A DNA stretch of 64,000 bases, taken from contig CM074816.1 of NCBI GenBank assembly GCA_037447605.1, positions 1,950,525 through 2,014,524 of the forward strand, in the 5' to 3' direction. A program made the position numbers and the translations under genes. Below the pieces are notes generated by a model, which did not search any database, had not been told where the DNA came from, and saw only the letters and a list, made by a program, of their open reading frames with translations. Every line of letters begins with the position of its first letter. The first letter of the stretch is position 1. Shown here piece after piece: positions 42,896 to 60,193 of this stretch. The DNA comes from Zygnema circumcarinatum SAG 698-1b (taxonomy: Eukaryota; Plantae; Zygnematophyceae).

Positions 42896-44183
42896 GCGTG
42901 ATGCTGGGGGGAGCGTTCGCCGCCTGACAGGCAGGCTGTTGAGAATGGGCCGTTGCATCCACCTATACCACAGCAGCTGTAGTTGATGCTCATTCCAAGT
43001 TTTGCACCGCGGAATTGGGGCTGTCTGAGACACCACCGATGTGTGTTGATGTACACTACTGCAGAGGTCGTGTAGCAGAGAGCAGGTTTTTAGCGCGGTT
43101 GACCCGAACAGAAGTCTTGTTTTCGTGTAGAAGTGTACATTCTGCCAGTGACTCCCGTCTTTCGATGAGTAGGTTAGTGACAGGCTAGCATTGTATAGAG
43201 ACTAAGTAGAAGATTTTAGCCAGGTAGGCTTCATGGCGTGCATAATTTTGACTCTAAGCGAATTATGCAATAACAACTTTGTCAACATTGATTTCTGAGA
43301 TTCTTCTCTTCTCATTCCCGAATCTCTGCTCCATAAAATGAGCTGTATGGGTTTTTAGGGTTTTTCCCCTTCTCTGATCAGTGTCACTTCCTGCAACGCT
43401 TTTTAAGCCCTCGCTATGGAGCTCTTTTCTAAGCCGAAAATCGGATGAACGTTGCAGTTAGAACTGACCTGGGGCACCTTTTCATGCAAGCGAGCAGCAG
43501 GCTTAGGGGTTGCTTCGACTCTGCAGTACATGCAATCTCCCACCATGCCTGAATGTCCCCTTTCCACTCTCCCCCCTCTCTCTTCCCCCCCACTTACCTC
43601 CTCCCCTCTCGCCCTTTCCCTTCCTCTTGTTCCTCTTGTTCCTCTCGTTCCCCTTGTTCCCCCTCTCCCGTCTCCCCCCGTCTCTCGCTCTCATCTCCTC
43701 TGACCCTCCTCCATTCCCCCTCCGTTCCCGCTCTCTTGCAGTCTCTCACGTTGCCCTCCCTTCGTCCCCCCCTCCCTCTTCTCCCTCTCCCTCTCCCTCT
43801 CCCTCTTTGACTCCCACTCCCTCTCCCATCCGAAGGGCGCCTTCAGTTCCGTTCCATGAGCGCGGTCAGGACCGACCGTTCCGTCCACCCCTCCTCCGGA
43901 GGAGTCTTCCGGCCATTCGCGTGCCGTCACGCGCCGACCAATGATCCGCCAGCGTGCGACTGCCATGCTGGCGCTCATCCAATTTTACAACTTTGAAATA
44001 TGTACGGACAAAGCTTGGCTTGCAATGATGTCCACGTGGCGAGCGCTGATTGGAGCTGCCATTTTCTTTTTGCAAAACGACGCGTCCTGCGTGGACCGGT
44101 GCGGACCGGTACGGACCGCACTCATGGACCGCGGCCCTCTATAGAAACCGTGACTCGCGTTTTTCGCACGGTTGACTCCAACA

Positions 44184-44707
44184 TTCCGAACCTGAGGTTC
44201 GGAAAAGCAATCATTAGGGGTTGAAAGACCCATTAACTTGAGCAATTGAACAATTAAATATTTTGGTGGTGGTACCAAAATTATTTTGGTAAAATATTAA
44301 TATATTTTAATATTTTATATTTTTGTTCAAAAAAAACCTATTCGTTTTCGGCGTTTAAAAAAACTGCTTTCGCTTTAGGTTTCTTCTTTTCTTTGGAACG
44401 ACGATCCTTGTTCAGATTCAAATTCAAAACAAAACCAATTAAACATTGAACAATTAAAATTTCGATTGCGATTTGTTATAATCTTGTTGTTGATCGGTGG
44501 ATGCAAAGTAAATCGAAATTGAACGCGACTGCGAGTTAAATGTTCAATGTTCAATTGGATTCGCATTGGATTTCGCATTGATCAAGGACTGATTTCTCAA
44601 AAAAAACCCAGTAACATAAAGCGGAAACTGCTTTTCTTTGGACTGCGGTTTTGAAAGTTTTTTTTTTGAAAAGCCAAAATCTTTAATTTTTGTATGTGTT
44701 CAACCTA
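44184..44707. mobile_element. Possible non-autonomous DNA element (AT-rich ~0.5 kb, imperfect terminal inverted repeats, adjacent perfect hairpin)
   Basis: There is an abrupt AT-rich island bounded by TAGGGGTTGAA (44215) and TTCAACCTA (44707). Internal ATTGAACAATTAAA occurs twice, plus inverted TGTTCAAT. A hairpin TTCCGAACC-tga-GGTTCGGAA lies at 44184-44204. No target-site duplication was found. Confidence 0.35.
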
Positions 44708-45128
44708 CCTGGTGGCAGGGTACTCGTTTTGGTCTCCAGCTGACGGAAGTTGACCTCCGGTCGGGTCACGGAGTCCGCGGGCGCGCGCGCGGCCGCGACC
44801 CGCGCGGGTCATGACGCCCCCCCCCCCGGGGACCCAATCGCGGCGCGCGCCCGCCCACACTTGCGCACACGCGCGCGTCGCCGCTATTGGGCCGCCGGGA
44901 TGCCACGTGGCGCAGCGCACCTACGTGGCCGCCGCGACAAGTAGCGCACCGACGCTCCGCGACAAGGGGCGAGCAGGCCACTCTGTAGGCGCGCGGCGGG
45001 AGAGGCGAGAGGGAGAGAGGGAGAGAGAGTGGGAGAGAGAGGGGGAGGGAGAGGGAGAAAGGGAGAGAGAGAGAGAGAGCGAGAGAGAGAGGAGTCTGAC
45101 AGCAGAGTGCGGGAGGTAAGAGAGAGCA

Positions 45129-48698
<3,570 letters not shown>

Positions 48699-49535
48699 AA
48701 CAGAAAGACTCTTAGTTAGGACGCACGCCAGAGAATCGCATTCTTTGTTAAAGTGACCTCAATTTAGTTGTAGAGCTGCTCGCTTTAGCGAAATTCCACC
48801 GCTTAGAGGGAGAGGGAGAGGGAGAGGGCCGCCGCGGCTCCACCCTAGAATCGTGTACATAGCTCGGTAGCAAATATCTCGATATCTCGGTATAGCTCGG
48901 TATTTTTGTCACTCTGGCTCCTCGCTGTGTCCTTTTATATGTACATTTGTTGGCGCCGCCGTCGCGAGATGAATGCAAGGACAGATTCAACATGGGGAGT
49001 GTCTTGCAGTCAAGGGAGGCGGACTCACGGAGGAGGCCATTTCGAAAGACATCTACTGCACAAACGGAGTAGTCTTTGAAAAAAAAGTCTATTTGCAAAA
49101 CTCCCAAAACTGTTCCTTGTGCCTGAGATAGGGTCTACACTACAATTCTAAAACCGACTGCTATGGCAGGTCCATCCTAAGCCGCCAAAGAAACCGCCTC
49201 TTACGCTTTGGAAAAAAAGAATGTGGCACTCTTCAGTTTGCCATATAAATTCCTACGAGCACTAACGTCGCCTGCTCTCTTCCTCGTTGCCATTACCCCT
49301 CCCTCACCTCTCACCTCTTTCACTTCCCCCTTTTTTCCTTGCCTCTCACCCTCCCTCTCCCTCCCTCTCCCTCTCCCTCCCTCTCCCTCTCCTCCCCCTC
49401 CCTCGCTATCTCTGGCCCCTCGTGGAGCTCCTCAGTTTCGGCTTGGACAAATCTAAAGCCACATCTCGGATAAATATGCGACATAAAATTTGCGTTTCCA
49501 AAAATATGAGGAAACACTGTAAATGCCTCCGCTGC

Positions 49536-52500
49536 CTAGAAGAAAACTGGTCCCTTTACTTCAGACGCCAGCTTATGAATGAGCGCTGGAAGGCCCTCTT
49601 CCGCCTTCACATCTCTAACCTGCCGCGCGTTGGTCTTCACCCGCTCTATGCACTGCTTCACACTGCGCTTCACGGAAGGAACGTCCTTCTTTGTGAAAAA
49701 GGCATCAATCTCCTCCGCTTTCGCATCGTCCACAAACTGCAATGATTGGAAGAGAATCATTCACAAAATAGAATAAAATTATTCAGCAGGAGTCATTACA
49801 AAGAATGTGAGTGGAAAGAGGTTGGATACTACAAGCAAGATGCATGTCTGAAAGGATGCAGGAGAGCTGAAGATGGGCCGTCAAGCAGAAAGAATGGAGA
49901 ACAGTTGATCTTTGAGCCGCTCAATGTTTCCTCTCTCTTTCTCTCCAAGTTTAGCCATTCCTCGGTTCCAACAGTATGTCATTGAGCCAAATCTTTCATG
50001 AGCGAAGAGGGAAAAGGACCACTGCTCCTAAGGCCATAGTATTGTATACAATATTGGCATCACGTCTCAACTGCAGTACAAAGCATCCAACTGTCCACAA
50101 TATAGTAGTTCTCGAACCAAAAGCCCGACGAGAAACATGTAGAAGGGAGGAGTGAGAGATGACTGACATAGCTGCAGGTGGAGACGACAAAGCGGGAGAT
50201 GAGGAATCCCTCTCCCAGGCGTTCAAAGACCTCCTCCCATTTCTCCTGCGACACAGTCCGCAGACGTTCGTGTGATAAAAATAGACTTCGCAACAGAAAG
50301 CAGGCCGCATCCAAGCCCCTCAACAGACGTCTGACTAGGGTTCGGCAATAGTGACATGTGATTTCAACGTGGGCACAGTCTCTTTGTGACTTGGCCTGTC
50401 TTCGCTTCGATCATTCATGTTCCTGTTCCAACGGACACATGCGTTCCATGTAATCTAATGAACTGAATGGAGGTAGGAGACCGTCCGATCCTTTTGGACA
50501 AGCTATTGAGAAACACAAAGCACTACTTATCGACAAGATGATGATGGGTAAGCTTTTGGGAGACCGTCTAACAGAACGTGCACTAAAACACAAAGCCGGC
50601 CCTCACCTGAAGCCAGGTCCATGCAAGGTCCCGCCCTGCGCTTCCAAGTTCAGCGAGCACAAAGATGGAATCCTGACGTCTAACCTGTTTCAACCAAGAA
50701 AAGTTCCAGTGGCGTGTCACATACGGCTGTATCTTAATGCCATTTCGCTGCATTGCTGAGTAGAACCCATAACAGCGCATTTTGTATAACAAAAAAAAAT
50801 GCCAAAGACAAGCTCTAATGATCGTTACTAGCTACTGCAAACAAAGTTGATGCAAAACTCTACACTCGTCAATATTCAACAACGGGAAGCAATGTCCACT
50901 TCCTCCAAGCATCTCCAATGCAGTAAAAAAAATCCATGTGCACCGCCGTAAGCTGTACATCATCTTCCTCACTTCTGAACAAGAAGGGAGCTGAGAAAGG
51001 TCGTAGACCACTTGCCTCGGAGGAGAGAATCAAGTCCAGTGCTCTTCTCACCACAGGCTCTGGCCCAGAACTCAATGCCACTGCAGGAAAGTTGGTCATG
51101 AGAAGAGATTAAATCAGGGAGAGATCACAGATTCCAAATGGCCCGCAAAAAAATAACATTTGAGACTGCCATTGAAAACCGGCGAACAGATGTGCACATT
51201 TCTAAACAGACAAGCAGCTTATCTTAAGCATCTTAACTTAAGTAAGTTTTAGATTGACGCGGTTGGCCATATATTTAGCAGTGACAAGAATGGCTGCCAG
51301 TTCCCTATGGAAGCAGGATGCAGGCTTACCAAGGATACGGACTCGCTCTTCGCTCATATCTGTTTCCCGGTATATTTGAAGAAGAGCACTGTAACCACTG
51401 AGATCCTCCTCAGTGACACCCAGCAGTACAGCACGATAGGCGGCCTGCACATATACATACGTACCCCAACTACTATTCCCTTTCTCAGGAGAGGAAGAAA
51501 AGCCTTGCAAGTTTGAGATGGACACCACCTGAGAGAGAGGGTAGCTTGAGAGAGAAATTAAGCCAGCATGAGTAATGCTTTAGCCGACCTTCCGCAGGTC
51601 CGGCGGCAGGCGGGCGGAGGTTCGGTCGCGGAACAAGTCCTGAAAGCGCTGCCGGCCCTCCACTATGGCGGTGTCGTCACGTAACGTCACGAGCACGTCC
51701 TGCAGAGTGCCGCGAAGCATCGCGTCGAGGTGGCTCTCTCCCTCCGCCGCCTCCCACCCGAGGGCACTGCAAGGTGCGGGTAACTGCGTCAGGAGGTTGG
51801 CCGCACACCACAAGGGTTCGACGGATGAACGCACCATACAAAACATTCCAGAGAGAGATGAAACATTTCGAAACTTAGAGTGTGGCCAAGATTTCGAGGG
51901 CATTATCGTCGAACTCTGTATATCGAAAGAAATGTGCCGAGAGAAATTTCCAATAGTGGAATCAATCCTAGATCTGTTTTGGTTTGCTAGGAACAGACCC
52001 TGACTCCATAACCAAAAAAAATGAATCCCCGCAGGTGACTTAGACAGAAGAAGACATGACGAGAAAAAGTCGAACTATCAAGTGAAGGAGCTAGTTTCAG
52101 CAATCTTACGCGGCCTTGCTTCGAAACAGGCTTGCTGCAAAGGACCGAAAACCAGCAACGCAGTCTGGCAACGAGTCTTCAAGAGTCCGTAAAGTGGCCG
52201 ATGATATCTGCCACAGAGAGTAAGCCGAATGAATACTGCAGAATGTCAGAGACCTGCACCAGTCAGCTGAGTGTCAATCTTCGACAAAATATCAAATGAA
52301 TAAGTGGGATTCCCATTTTTAGATCGTTGGAACATTTTGGGAAAAGAGCAGAGCGACTGACAGAGAGGTTTTTGAGGACCTTGCAGATTCACAACCAAGT
52401 GCTTTACGAGTCCGTTTCAGAGCCCGAATTCTTGACGTGATAAAGATGCCCAAGGACAACCACTCTCAAGATTTTCGCAACCCGCATGCTGACCCACCTC

Positions 52501-55500
52501 ACAGAGGGAGCGTATCATAGTGAAGTCGTTCTCTTCGCGCAGTGCACTCATGAGGCTGAGCAGTACTCCAAGCGGCTGTTTTCCCGCGCGGCATAACGCA
52601 AAGCAATCATCCAAAAGGCCTGCACAGCCTCAACAGACGACGCTGCTTTTAGAAGAAAATCTCACGTGCTAGTGAAGTATCTACAGCCTATCAGCTGCAC
52701 GAAACGCGCCGCTTTGCATTTCTGAACCCAAACTACTCCCACCCATTGTCACGCACAAAAGATTGGAAGCCAAGTCTCAAACCCGCCTGCCTAAGTGGCC
52801 AGCGAGTTTTGAGCTCACCAAATCTGTCAGCCTCCTCCAACTCGCCCATTTTCACAGCTTCCACCAGTCGGCCTGCGAGCTCGCTGTCATATTGTACACG
52901 ATAGAATCCCACCTGCCGGCTATTAAGCTTTACCCACCTCGCCCCCCCAGCAGCAGGCGGTGCTTCCCCTCCTGAAAGGCCATTGGACACCACGTCACTC
53001 CCTGCAAGGAGGGCCCCCCCACATGACCCAACGGAAAATTACACACTCGTTCATCACATTTCCTTGTTCAGGACTGGCATTCACATTACAACATGCTGTA
53101 CAGAGGCAGTTCAATGCCAAAACTACGTGTCAATAGCAATCATGGTTGCAATATTGCCCATTCTCACGTGTACAGCCAGCACCATCGTTAGCATGGAGAT
53201 GTCTTCCATCTGATTGATCATTGGAGGGGGTTCAGTCTTAGCAAAGTGTCATACATCTGACATTCGAAGGCAGTACACGTTTTCCCGCTGAATTGGTAGT
53301 AAAAAGAGTGCTTCACAGAGATCCATTTGGGGAAGATTCCTTGAACTCACCAGGCAGTGAGATTGTTGCAGACTTGCCACGCATGAGTGTGTTCTTTATG
53401 TTGTCGTATCGGCCGTGAACAAGGGTTATAGGGACTACCCATTCTCCTTTTCCTGGCAGACCTAGCACAAGAAATTGCTCCTGCATATCCAAACCCTCAG
53501 CGCCATTTAGAGGCTATATTTTCCAAACATATCCAGCAAATCACACACCAGAAATTCCAAACGTGCACCCAATGGCTGCAACGTCTGGGCCAGAGCCTGC
53601 ACGATGCCCACGTGTCAATGATCATCATGACAGCCTTACTCCCTACAAGCGCGATCTCCCTGCAACAAAACGAACTGTATAATACCCCCTCTTTCTCCAA
53701 TAAGAAAACGTGACATGGTCACAGCGGTCAATAATCGAACTTTTACCCAGATTCTAGCTACACGCGAATTTCATGCCGGCAAAACAAACGGCCCAACTTC
53801 TCACTCACCTGCTCCACCACGAGCCCTTCTTGCGAAAGGCGTACTTTGAGCACGGGGTAGCCCTGTTGGTGTGTCCACGTGTGCATGAGCTCCCCCACCG
53901 GCTCCCCCGCGCTCTCCGCCAGCACCGACCAGAGGTCGTCTGTGGCGGCGTTGCTGTGCGCGTACCGCCGGATGTACTCGCAGAGGCCTTTCTGCACACC
54001 AGAGTGCGACAAGTGAACGGAAGAAGATGGACCGCCTCTCAAGGGCTCTCATCATCATAGCGAGAACGGTATATTGAAAGAGCGAAGTGGAAAACTATGT
54101 TATTCAGAAGTACACTTTGGTGAGGTTCATACAAGTTTGACAAGAAACGTCTTTCGAGAGTAAGCAAATGGCCCACGTGACGAGGACCACTCGTTCACAT
54201 CTCAGCAATAAAACCGCGTTCACTTTAGTCAGTAGGGCAAAGCAAAACCACAGCCTCACGCGACCACCTATTCACCATTAGTAGCCCCTGGAAAAATGCA
54301 GAAACGTACCTGGAAAGTTTCAGCTCCGAGGTAGCTTTGCAGCATCCGGATGACGGAAGCTCCCTTGCTGTAACTAATGGCGTCAAAAATTTCATCAATC
54401 TCCTTCACATGGCCGACTTCCACCTGCCACGTTTCCGATCCTCTCGTCATGGGTGGCCCAACAATCTTATATTCACCTCTGCCATTTCCAGCCGCTAAAC
54501 CGCTCCCTCCCTTCTTCCCCAAATTCACACCGCCCTGCTGCTTGCCTACAGTCCATGCTAGGAATCCCAGACTTTATTATACCTGGCTAGGTACAGAGAA
54601 TGGCACCTACATAGCCCCCACTGCTTAACCAGCAAACGCTCTCAATGCATCAGCTGGCAGCAGCTTGAGCAGACTGTACGGTCAGCACACACCTCGATTG
54701 AGTGCGATTCTTGGAGCCCATCCAGACGAAAAGCGGTCGACATCTCTGTTGTATTGAATTGGGCCCAAATTTTCCACTCAGGGAATAGGTGGTCCACAGC
54801 TAAATAGCTCACCTGTACCGCAGCAGGAATTTCACATTGCCCAGGTTACTAGATTTCCTATCGTCGAACACATAAATCGACACTGAAAGCGTTAAGCGAA
54901 TGAACGTGGCTGGCTAATACTCCAGCCATAGAATTACAGATCAGTTTCTGGAAGTACGACAAACATCTCTGGCCAAATTCCCTTCCATGATTATTTCCTA
55001 GTGCAGCTTCTGGATGTCATTGCTTTTCACTGAATATGCATTCGTTGCCTTCACATACAGTGGCGACATGACTTAATGTGTAAGGAGGTCCACAGGGACA
55101 AGTCCCTTGCACAAGCGGGGCTATGGAAAATAAGGTGCAAGCGGACACTGTTTCCTTTTTTGTTTGATGGGAGGTCATAAGAGCACACATAAGAAGTCTA
55201 CCCAGGAAGCAAAGCCTTCGTTGAGCCACAGGTGCGTCCACCACTCCATGGTCACCAGATTCCCAAACCACTGGTGGGCAAGCTCGTGTGTGACAGTGAT
55301 GGCAACCTGCAATCTCATCACCCAACAGCAAGTAAGTATCCAATACTTTTTTTTGTGGACAAGACATACAAAACTTGAACAATCCGAAAAGGAAATTGCA
55401 TTCATCCAAACCAAGACATGAACGACGAAGGCAGTCATCGTTCGCAAAGAGCCGCTTACCCGCTGGCGACTGGTTGCCGCGCTGCTGACGGGGTCGACGA

Positions 55501-58500
55501 GCAATGCAACCGCACGGTAAGTCACGAGGCCATAGTTCTCCATGGCTCCGGCCGCAAAGTCAGGAATGGCTATCATGTCCAGCTTGGGAAGCGAGTATGC
55601 TGTTCCAAAGTACCTGGAGGAGGAACGACAAGAAAGCCTCTCCGGAAAAGAGTGAGAGGGAGAATGAAGCAACGGACGGGCAAACATCCATTAGCTTCAT
55701 CAACCACATTACCACAATCAACAGAGAAAAGTGAATTCACAAGTGAATTGTTTAGCGAGTTGAAAGAGGGCGACTGCTTACGAGGCGAAAAAAGGCAGTG
55801 TCTTAACCGCCACATCAAGAGCGAATTGACCAAGATTCTGGGACCCCACTTCTGTGTACACACGTACTGGCAAACCTGCAGTCACTTTCACCCAAACTAG
55901 GGTCAGAAAACTTAAAAAAAATCCTCTGTCAAATGTTAGAACATTGACCAGGCTGAAACGAAAAAAACCATTTCTTAACATTAGGTTGATACTTTAATTG
56001 ATTAGTTCTACACCGCACGACGATCAGCGCAAAGACTAGGTTGAACCATTTGACCTTGCTCCTACGACCTAAGGATGTCGTCAGCCTCAGCAGGTCCCAT
56101 TCGACGCTTTCAGGTGGCTCATGGACTGCCGCCCAGAAGTTTACCATCCTCGGTCTTCCCTTCAATGTAATCGAACTCCCCCACCACCACCGCCACAAGG
56201 TAAGTGGACATGCGAGGGGACTCTTTGAACTTGACGATGTTTGTGTCTCCCGCGGCAGTCTCCGTGTCTACCGGCATGTTGGACAGCACCACGCGGCCCT
56301 TGGGAGCCGCCACCGTGATCACATACGTGGCCTGCGCGGGCCACCCAGAAGTCACTCCTGGGAGCAATGGCTGTCCACTGCATCCTTCGCAGGGCTGGAG
56401 GGTTGGGCATAGAGAGGCTAATGCAAACACAAGTTAGGCAGCTTGATTGCTCTTTACAACGCTGTCCCAATTTAATATTGAAATTGTTGCGACACTAAAT
56501 TATTTCTAACATGACCTTTCGCTTTCTGCATCTGGAGACATTACTTTGTTCAACAAGATACGAGCCATTACAACCTCACGTCAACTTTCCTGAATGCCTT
56601 TTGCTTTCATTACTATCACCTGAATCGTTTGCTGCCTTCCAACCTTTAAGGAGCGTTGGAAGGCACTGTTGTCATTGGTCCTACTGAAAATTAATTCGCA
56701 CATTGTGAGTGCAATTGATTGCCACCGTTTATGTAGGCAAATACAGGAATTCATTGTACCTGGTTCATCGCCACAGCTTTTCCTTCAGCGTTTCGCAAGC
56801 TTTCCATGCATTTATGTTTTTTTATCCCTAATCGTTTATGAAAATCTTCCACGTCCCCATAGAAGGCGAATTATCACACATGGCCATGAGGCGGAGTTTT
56901 AGGTGGCAAGCACGTCAGTTGATACATGAGCATTAGAACGATTGTCCGACAGAAAGCATGCGCTTAGTTGACCAACATAATGCTTTTACTAAAACTCAAG
57001 AGTGCTGTTTCAACTCTTGGTTCAATGGTGTGGGACATTAATCAAGCTGTGACCTTGTGGATGCAGATGGTCAACTGATTCAGGGCGTTGTGATTTTTGA
57101 AGTTCCACTCAAAAGGTGAAAGAGAATAAGGCGGCTTGAACAACATTACTATGGTCCTAAGCGTATTCAAAAGGCATTAATATGGGAAATTACAAATCGT
57201 AGGAATATTAGGTCAAACTATGTATTGATTTACATTGACGAAAGCAAGCGACTCCACGCTCAAATGAACCACCAATCCATTAAGTAATCACTGGCGACAA
57301 ACGGTGAAACCAGCGACCGAAGCAACCTTCCGCATAACAAAGTCACAGGCGACCAACGCGACTTGCCAGCCTGACAGCCCTGCAATCACACATTTTGACT
57401 CTGTCTATAGGTCGAGATTATTTCAACCGATTCAACGGTGAAACAAACGAGGTGGCACCCTTTGGTCATCGGTCTGAAGGTTCTTTTGGTCACAAGCATT
57501 TGTACCTATTTGTAACCAGTTCCGCCATACGAATAGCGAACCTGACGTGAACTTGCTTCGCTTCTAAGTCCAAGCGAGATGCTGGACAAACCAGGTGCTA
57601 CAAATTGCATACCAAACGATGTAACAAGGCACGTAGAACTTACCTTAAAAGAAGGTTCATCCCAACAAGGAAAGCATCTCCGCGCATCTGCAGCCTCAAA
57701 TTGCGTAACTGCCATATTCCTCTGCTCGCCCTTCACTGTGTACGTGCTGTTCATAGAAGTAGCAAATACACACTCTTAATCATTGGGGTCACCTACAACA
57801 TCGTCACCTTGGCAAGTTGTGTAAAGTGCATTGTCTACTGACCAAGAATGCAATCAGGGAAGAAAAATATGTAAAGAATACAGTATTGCCAGCTAAACTC
57901 TGAGAAATGCTCTCCCTCAAAATACTGATGATAACGAAAAGCGACGATAAAGCATTCCGCCTGATGCACACAAACAAAATGCAGTGCGTCGTACCTTCTA
58001 TAGAAACCCTTCATCTGATCGTTGAGGGTGCCCTGATACTCGATATGTAGCACCGCTTTACCAAGAGGAATGCTGCTACTGAATTTCAGGATCAGCAGTT
58101 CATCCGCCGAGTCTATCTCCATGGAAGATGGAGTCAGTTCCTGTTAATCGCATTCGACCAGCACTGAGCATGGATTTCAATGCTATTCTGACACAGGTAG
58201 TATGATTTTTCGTTGCATTGGAGGCCAGCGAGTGTGATGCAGGCAATGTCCTAGTAATCCTTGAAACACAATTCTCCTTCCTTTTAGGTTGCCCTCAAGC
58301 TTAAATGTAAACTGAATTTTTTTTTTTTTTTTAGATACGAGTGATTAAAAAACAGAAAACAAAAAAAAAAAAAAAAAAAAAAAAAAANNNNNNNNNNAAA
58401 AAAAAAAAAAAAAAAAAAAAAAAAACAAATGCAGTGCATGAAGGGCAAAAAGTCTGAAAAGACAGACACTAACATGCTTTAAAAGCTGCTCCCAGTCTTC

Positions 58501-58976
58501 AAGGAAAGTGTCCGAGACAGGATTCTGCTGCAGTGCTTTCACACATGTCAAGCTACATTTTGTGAATTGCTTGGAAATGTGAGAGTCGTTGGTGTGCCTG
58601 CTTGCAAAGGTGTTCTGTGCATCATCATTATGTTGGAAGAAATATGTTGACTTGTACTCACCTTCCCCGATTCTTCGAAAGTCAACTTTATTGAATTTTG
58701 AATGATTTCAATGTCGGCAACGTTTAGTATAATGTACTTAGTTTTCGCAGAAACTTCCACGCTTATGTCCACTACTCCGCTAAACTGGCAAGTGTTCAAA
58801 TCCGGCGAAAGGTAAATTGTGTATCTGCTCGGCAGCACACTCCTGGGAAGCCTGGGCGACGCTCCTGGAGGAGCCTCGCCGCCACATTTTGCAGCCCTTC
58901 TGACATGAGAAACAAGCAGAGCAGAGCCCAACAATGCTCCTGCTGCCAATGCTGCTCCTGCCACCCTCCCAGCCAT
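49536..58976 (-). CDS. APM1: M1 family (puromycin-sensitive) aminopeptidase, APM1-like, multi-exon
   Basis: [106 protein letters not shown] and an ERAP1_C-like tail ..SVKQCIERV. Confidence 0.95.
58388..58397. other. Assembly gap (10 N) within a poly-A run
   Basis: Run of N in the sequence. Confidence 0.99.
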
Positions 58977-60193
58977 TCTGCCCCGCAGAGCGGCTGGCAG
59001 CAGAAATCCAACGAGCGATGAAAAGGCCGCCAAAATACGGTAGCGCAAAATGCTGCTGCCGCTTTAGCTCTCCCTCGCGGAGGTCTCGGTCGGCGCGGTA
59101 CTCGCGCGCCCTTGCACGTGCCAAACGGGGCCGGCCCGGGCCAGGCCGCGGCAGGGCAGCCCCCGCCCGCCACCTGCCGGGCCCCTCCCCTCCCCTCCCC
59201 TCCCCGCCTCGCATTGCAGCGCAGACCTCTCCAGACCTTGCATCTACCGTATTCCCCACAACGCAGGCACGGCACGCAGGCCAGAGCGAGAGGGCAACGA
59301 ACGAGACACGGGGCGGGCCAGCGAGAGAACGCTCAGCAGCAGGAGGAGGGATCAGCAGGCACTGGCAGGGAATGGACGCAGGCGCTGGCAGTGCGCCTTG
59401 TGTAGCAGGGAGGGCAGCAAAGCAGCATGATTAGGCCTTCTTATTAAGTGGAAAGGAGGGGGCAGGATTAAAAGTCACAGAGCAGGTTAACCAACACTGG
59501 TACATGGAAGGTGATGACATTTGGAACATTTGCGGAACCACTGTGAATAGCTCAAGCGGGGAATGAGTTGGCGACTGACAGACCACGTTGGTTGGATGGT
59601 AACTGGTCAACATCTATTGAAATGATAAATCGATGAGTCCCTTGCTCTCATATACAAGAGATTCACGTTGTGATAGTCACTGGAACACTTCACGTTGTTT
59701 ACACTAAGTCACTGTAACAAAAAGAATCAAATAAACATGTGCCAAAAGGCTGCCTAATCGTGCTCGTTTGGACGTACGAGTGACCGCTATGTAAAGAGTT
59801 CCGGTGAGACCTGCTATCATCATCGTCTATTCCTCTCCTGGCTACCAGCCTAAACACTAGTGTCTAAGCAAGCTCAGTGCCCTCAGAGCTGAAACTAGAT
59901 TGCACTTCCGAATTTGCAACTTTATTGAGTGTCCACCATGGCAAAGATTGCTGCAAACTTTATTCTTCCCACTAAGTGAAAGAGCAAACAGCCTTGCTAC
60001 ATCTCTGAAAAATGCTAACTAAACTAACATCTGCGAGAAAGAAGGGTTCGGGCCAGGGGCAGTTGGGCTCGCTGCCAGTAGTAGGCCATCGGGACGAGTT
60101 GTTCCCAGCTGATAGAACTCTGTCCGCCCACACGTCTGAATCAAAAACGGGCTGTTGGTAATGTCGCACGAGAGGGTATGCACAGGTGGCAGG

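Noticed and set aside
56635-56665. 9-bp stem hairpin CCTTCCAAC..GTTGGAAGG in an APM1 intron
   Set aside because: It is isolated and short, and could arise by chance in 64 kb.
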